A program made the position numbers and the translations under genes. 31,808 nucleotides of DNA from an uncultured Nitrososphaerales archaeon. Its GTDB lineage: Archaea; Thermoproteota; Nitrososphaeria; Nitrososphaerales; Nitrososphaeraceae. The notes below the pieces were generated by a model. The model did not search any database and was not told where the DNA came from. It was given only the letters and a program-made list of their open reading frames with translations. Position 1 is the stretch's first letter. Each line of letters starts with the position of its first letter. Shown here piece after piece: positions 29,996-31,808 of this stretch. Location of the stretch: positions 1 through 31,808 of the forward strand of contig CAVPXM010000041.1 in assembly GCA_963709405.1 (NCBI GenBank), in the 5' to 3' direction.

Positions 29996-30556
29996 ATGGA
30001 AAGTCCGCAGAAGGATGAAAAGCCAATATCAACCAACAGTACATTTGACAACAAACCTGAAGTTTTCCCTGAACTGCCACAGTTTCACAAAATATTGATT
30101 CCATACGATGGATCCAAAATGTCTGATAAAGCTTTGAGCTATGCGACATATTTGTCAAAAATTTCTGTTTCTGATATCTTTATTCTTAACGTAGTGGAAA
30201 AATATAGTGATCTAAAGGATGTATTGCCTACCACGATCAAAGCAGAATTTGGACAGGAAACTGACTGGGACAAAATATCGAATAAAGATCTGCAAGTTAG
30301 AATAGGAGGAGCGTTGAGAGAACTCATAGAGGATAAGGTAAGATTATGTAAGGAAGCGGGAGCAGTAAAGAATATTGCATTTGAGATTCGTACGGGTAAT
30401 GCTGCAGAGGAAATAATCAAGGTAGCAAATCAGAGTAAATTTGACGTGATAGTAATGGCAAGCCATAGATTAACGTCAACAATCAGAGGGATAGGAAGTA
30501 CAACAAGAAAGGTTATTGATAGTATAAAGAAACCAGTACTCGTGATATATAACTGA
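29996..30556 (+). CDS. Universal stress protein
   Basis: KILIPYDGSKMSDKAL; GNAAEEII; DVIVMAS; IGSTTRKVI..KPVLVI. Confidence 0.93.
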   Translation: MESPQKDEKPISTNSTFDNKPEVFPELPQFHKILIPYDGSKMSDKALSYATYLSKISVSDIFILNVVEKYSDLKDVLPTTIKAEFGQETDWDKISNKDLQVRIGGALRELIEDKVRLCKEAGAVKNIAFEIRTGNAAEEIIKVANQSKFDVIVMASHRLTSTIRGIGSTTRKVIDSIKKPVLVIYN

Positions 30557-30774
30557 TATTGATGTCACATAAAATGCGGAGTTAACTTGACTTATAAAAT
30601 ATGCCATTATTTATCCTTAGGTAAGTCTTCAAGATGTGCATTAGATAGTCACATGGGACTGGGGCATGGTTCGATTGCTCTGTTCCATTATTCTCATCGA
30701 ATCAGAACCGTCAATGACTGCCGCAGACTAGGTTCTTTAGGATTATTGTTGCTACATCTTGAGCGCTTCTAGGA

Positions 30775-31629
30775 TCATCTAAATTTCAGCGTATTTGCCG
30801 TAGCATCTAACAATTGAGTATGCTTTGATATATCTGGTTTTTCTGAACTTTGGGAAGTGGAAGAACTGTTGAATAAGTTGCTAACAAAAGCAGCTAATCT
30901 ATAAGTTTTCTCAGGACCTTTGAATTCATACAACTTTGCTTGCATAACGGCATTAGGGTTAAGTCGGAGTGATTTGAATATTCCACTACTGCCAATACCA
31001 CCATTACTCCCAAAGCTACTTTGATTATTACTACCTATTGATGGGGAACCATTCACTCCAGATCTTAATCCCATAAGAGAGGATAAAGGACATTCTACTG
31101 TTGCAACACTAAAAGTCTTGCCATCAATATTAGATGTGGTGTTTTGAGCTAATGGCTTGCAAATTTTGGATATAGAAAAAGCTCCTGGATTGCCACCTCC
31201 TTCTGCGCTCAAGCCTGCAAGCTCTGAATTATTTAACACTTGTAATATCATGTGAGGTTGTGTTAACGAAGTGATATCTAATAATGAACCACTTTCGTTC
31301 CCGGGATGCATGATTACGATTAAACCAACTATTGGGGGCAGCTCTCTCCCGTGCCAGCCGTCTGGGAATACAATATCTGTAATTCCAAATTGAGGATTGC
31401 TATAATGACCACTAACGTCTTTTGGTGGTATTAGGAAATTCTTGAGCAAAGAAGAAAGATTCTGAGAACCTGGATAAGTATTATTCGTCTGGGAATAAGC
31501 AAGCTGACTAAAGGAAGGAAGATTTGAAAGCAGAAGAAGAACAATAGCTGATGCTACAACTGCTATTGCTGGAAAAGTGATAGAAGCCCTCCGGAATTCC
31601 ATTCGTGATACCTGTCCTTTGTCATGCAT
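30775..31629 (-). CDS. Secreted hypothetical protein (possibly PsbP/Mog1-like fold)
   Basis: Signal peptide ending LAYSQ; YSNPQFGI..FPDGW; IDGKTF; C-terminal LLDATANTLKF; TTTAAATA at 31660-31653. Confidence 0.7.
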   Translation of the reverse strand: MHDKGQVSRMEFRRASITFPAIAVVASAIVLLLLSNLPSFSQLAYSQTNNTYPGSQNLSSLLKNFLIPPKDVSGHYSNPQFGITDIVFPDGWHGRELPPIVGLIVIMHPGNESGSLLDITSLTQPHMILQVLNNSELAGLSAEGGGNPGAFSISKICKPLAQNTTSNIDGKTFSVATVECPLSSLMGLRSGVNGSPSIGSNNQSSFGSNGGIGSSGIFKSLRLNPNAVMQAKLYEFKGPEKTYRLAAFVSNLFNSSSTSQSSEKPDISKHTQLLDATANTLKFR

Positions 31630-31808
31630 ATGAAAAAGTTCCGTAACGCTCTTATTTAAAGGTCTATTTCTTTTCTTTCCTCCAATACAAGATAACCGAC
31701 TTTAACGATTGATATGTCATAAGGGGGGGTTAAATCTCTCAGTTATTATCATCAGTAGTATTGTGACCTTTCAAAGACCTAGAAAATGAGTTAGCAGTCA
31801 AGAAGTGG

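Noticed and set aside
3836-30772. Remaining short or antisense ORFs (e.g. 3836-4297, 7340-7585, 8689-9475 set, 14457-14948, 18321-18765, 25102-25296, 30139-30420, 30587-30772)
   Set aside because: They overlap better-supported genes on the opposite strand or lack any coding signal.

Overview
AT-rich accessory region that looks archaeal: TATA boxes sit about 22-25 nt before start codons, and the integrase, USP and secreted-protein families suggest a soil ammonia-oxidising archaeon (Nitrososphaeraceae; taxonomy is my inference). Recognisable genes: three universal stress proteins, GH38 alpha-mannosidase, nitrilase-family hydrolase, SDR, TRIC/UPF0126 channel, dienelactone hydrolase, CDF metal exporter, EgtD, a wHTH regulator and several secreted hypothetical proteins. 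Mobile DNA: two IS elements, an IS903-like 140-bp MITE flanked by a ~240-bp duplication, two tyrosine-integrase fragments and a possible IS200/IS605 end relic. The 15 frame breaks I traced in near-intact genes are all +1 insertions, often next to AGCT/GTAC/GATC/GCWGC, so many apparent pseudogenes may be long-read errors. I found no complete, clearly novel multi-gene system. Best leads: a promoter-associated structured non-coding segment (25.5-25.9 kb), a LIM-like zinc-finger microprotein, a membrane-anchored degenerate PD-(D/E)XK-like protein, and an unlisted cupredoxin lacking its copper ligands. All family calls are by eye; no searches were run.
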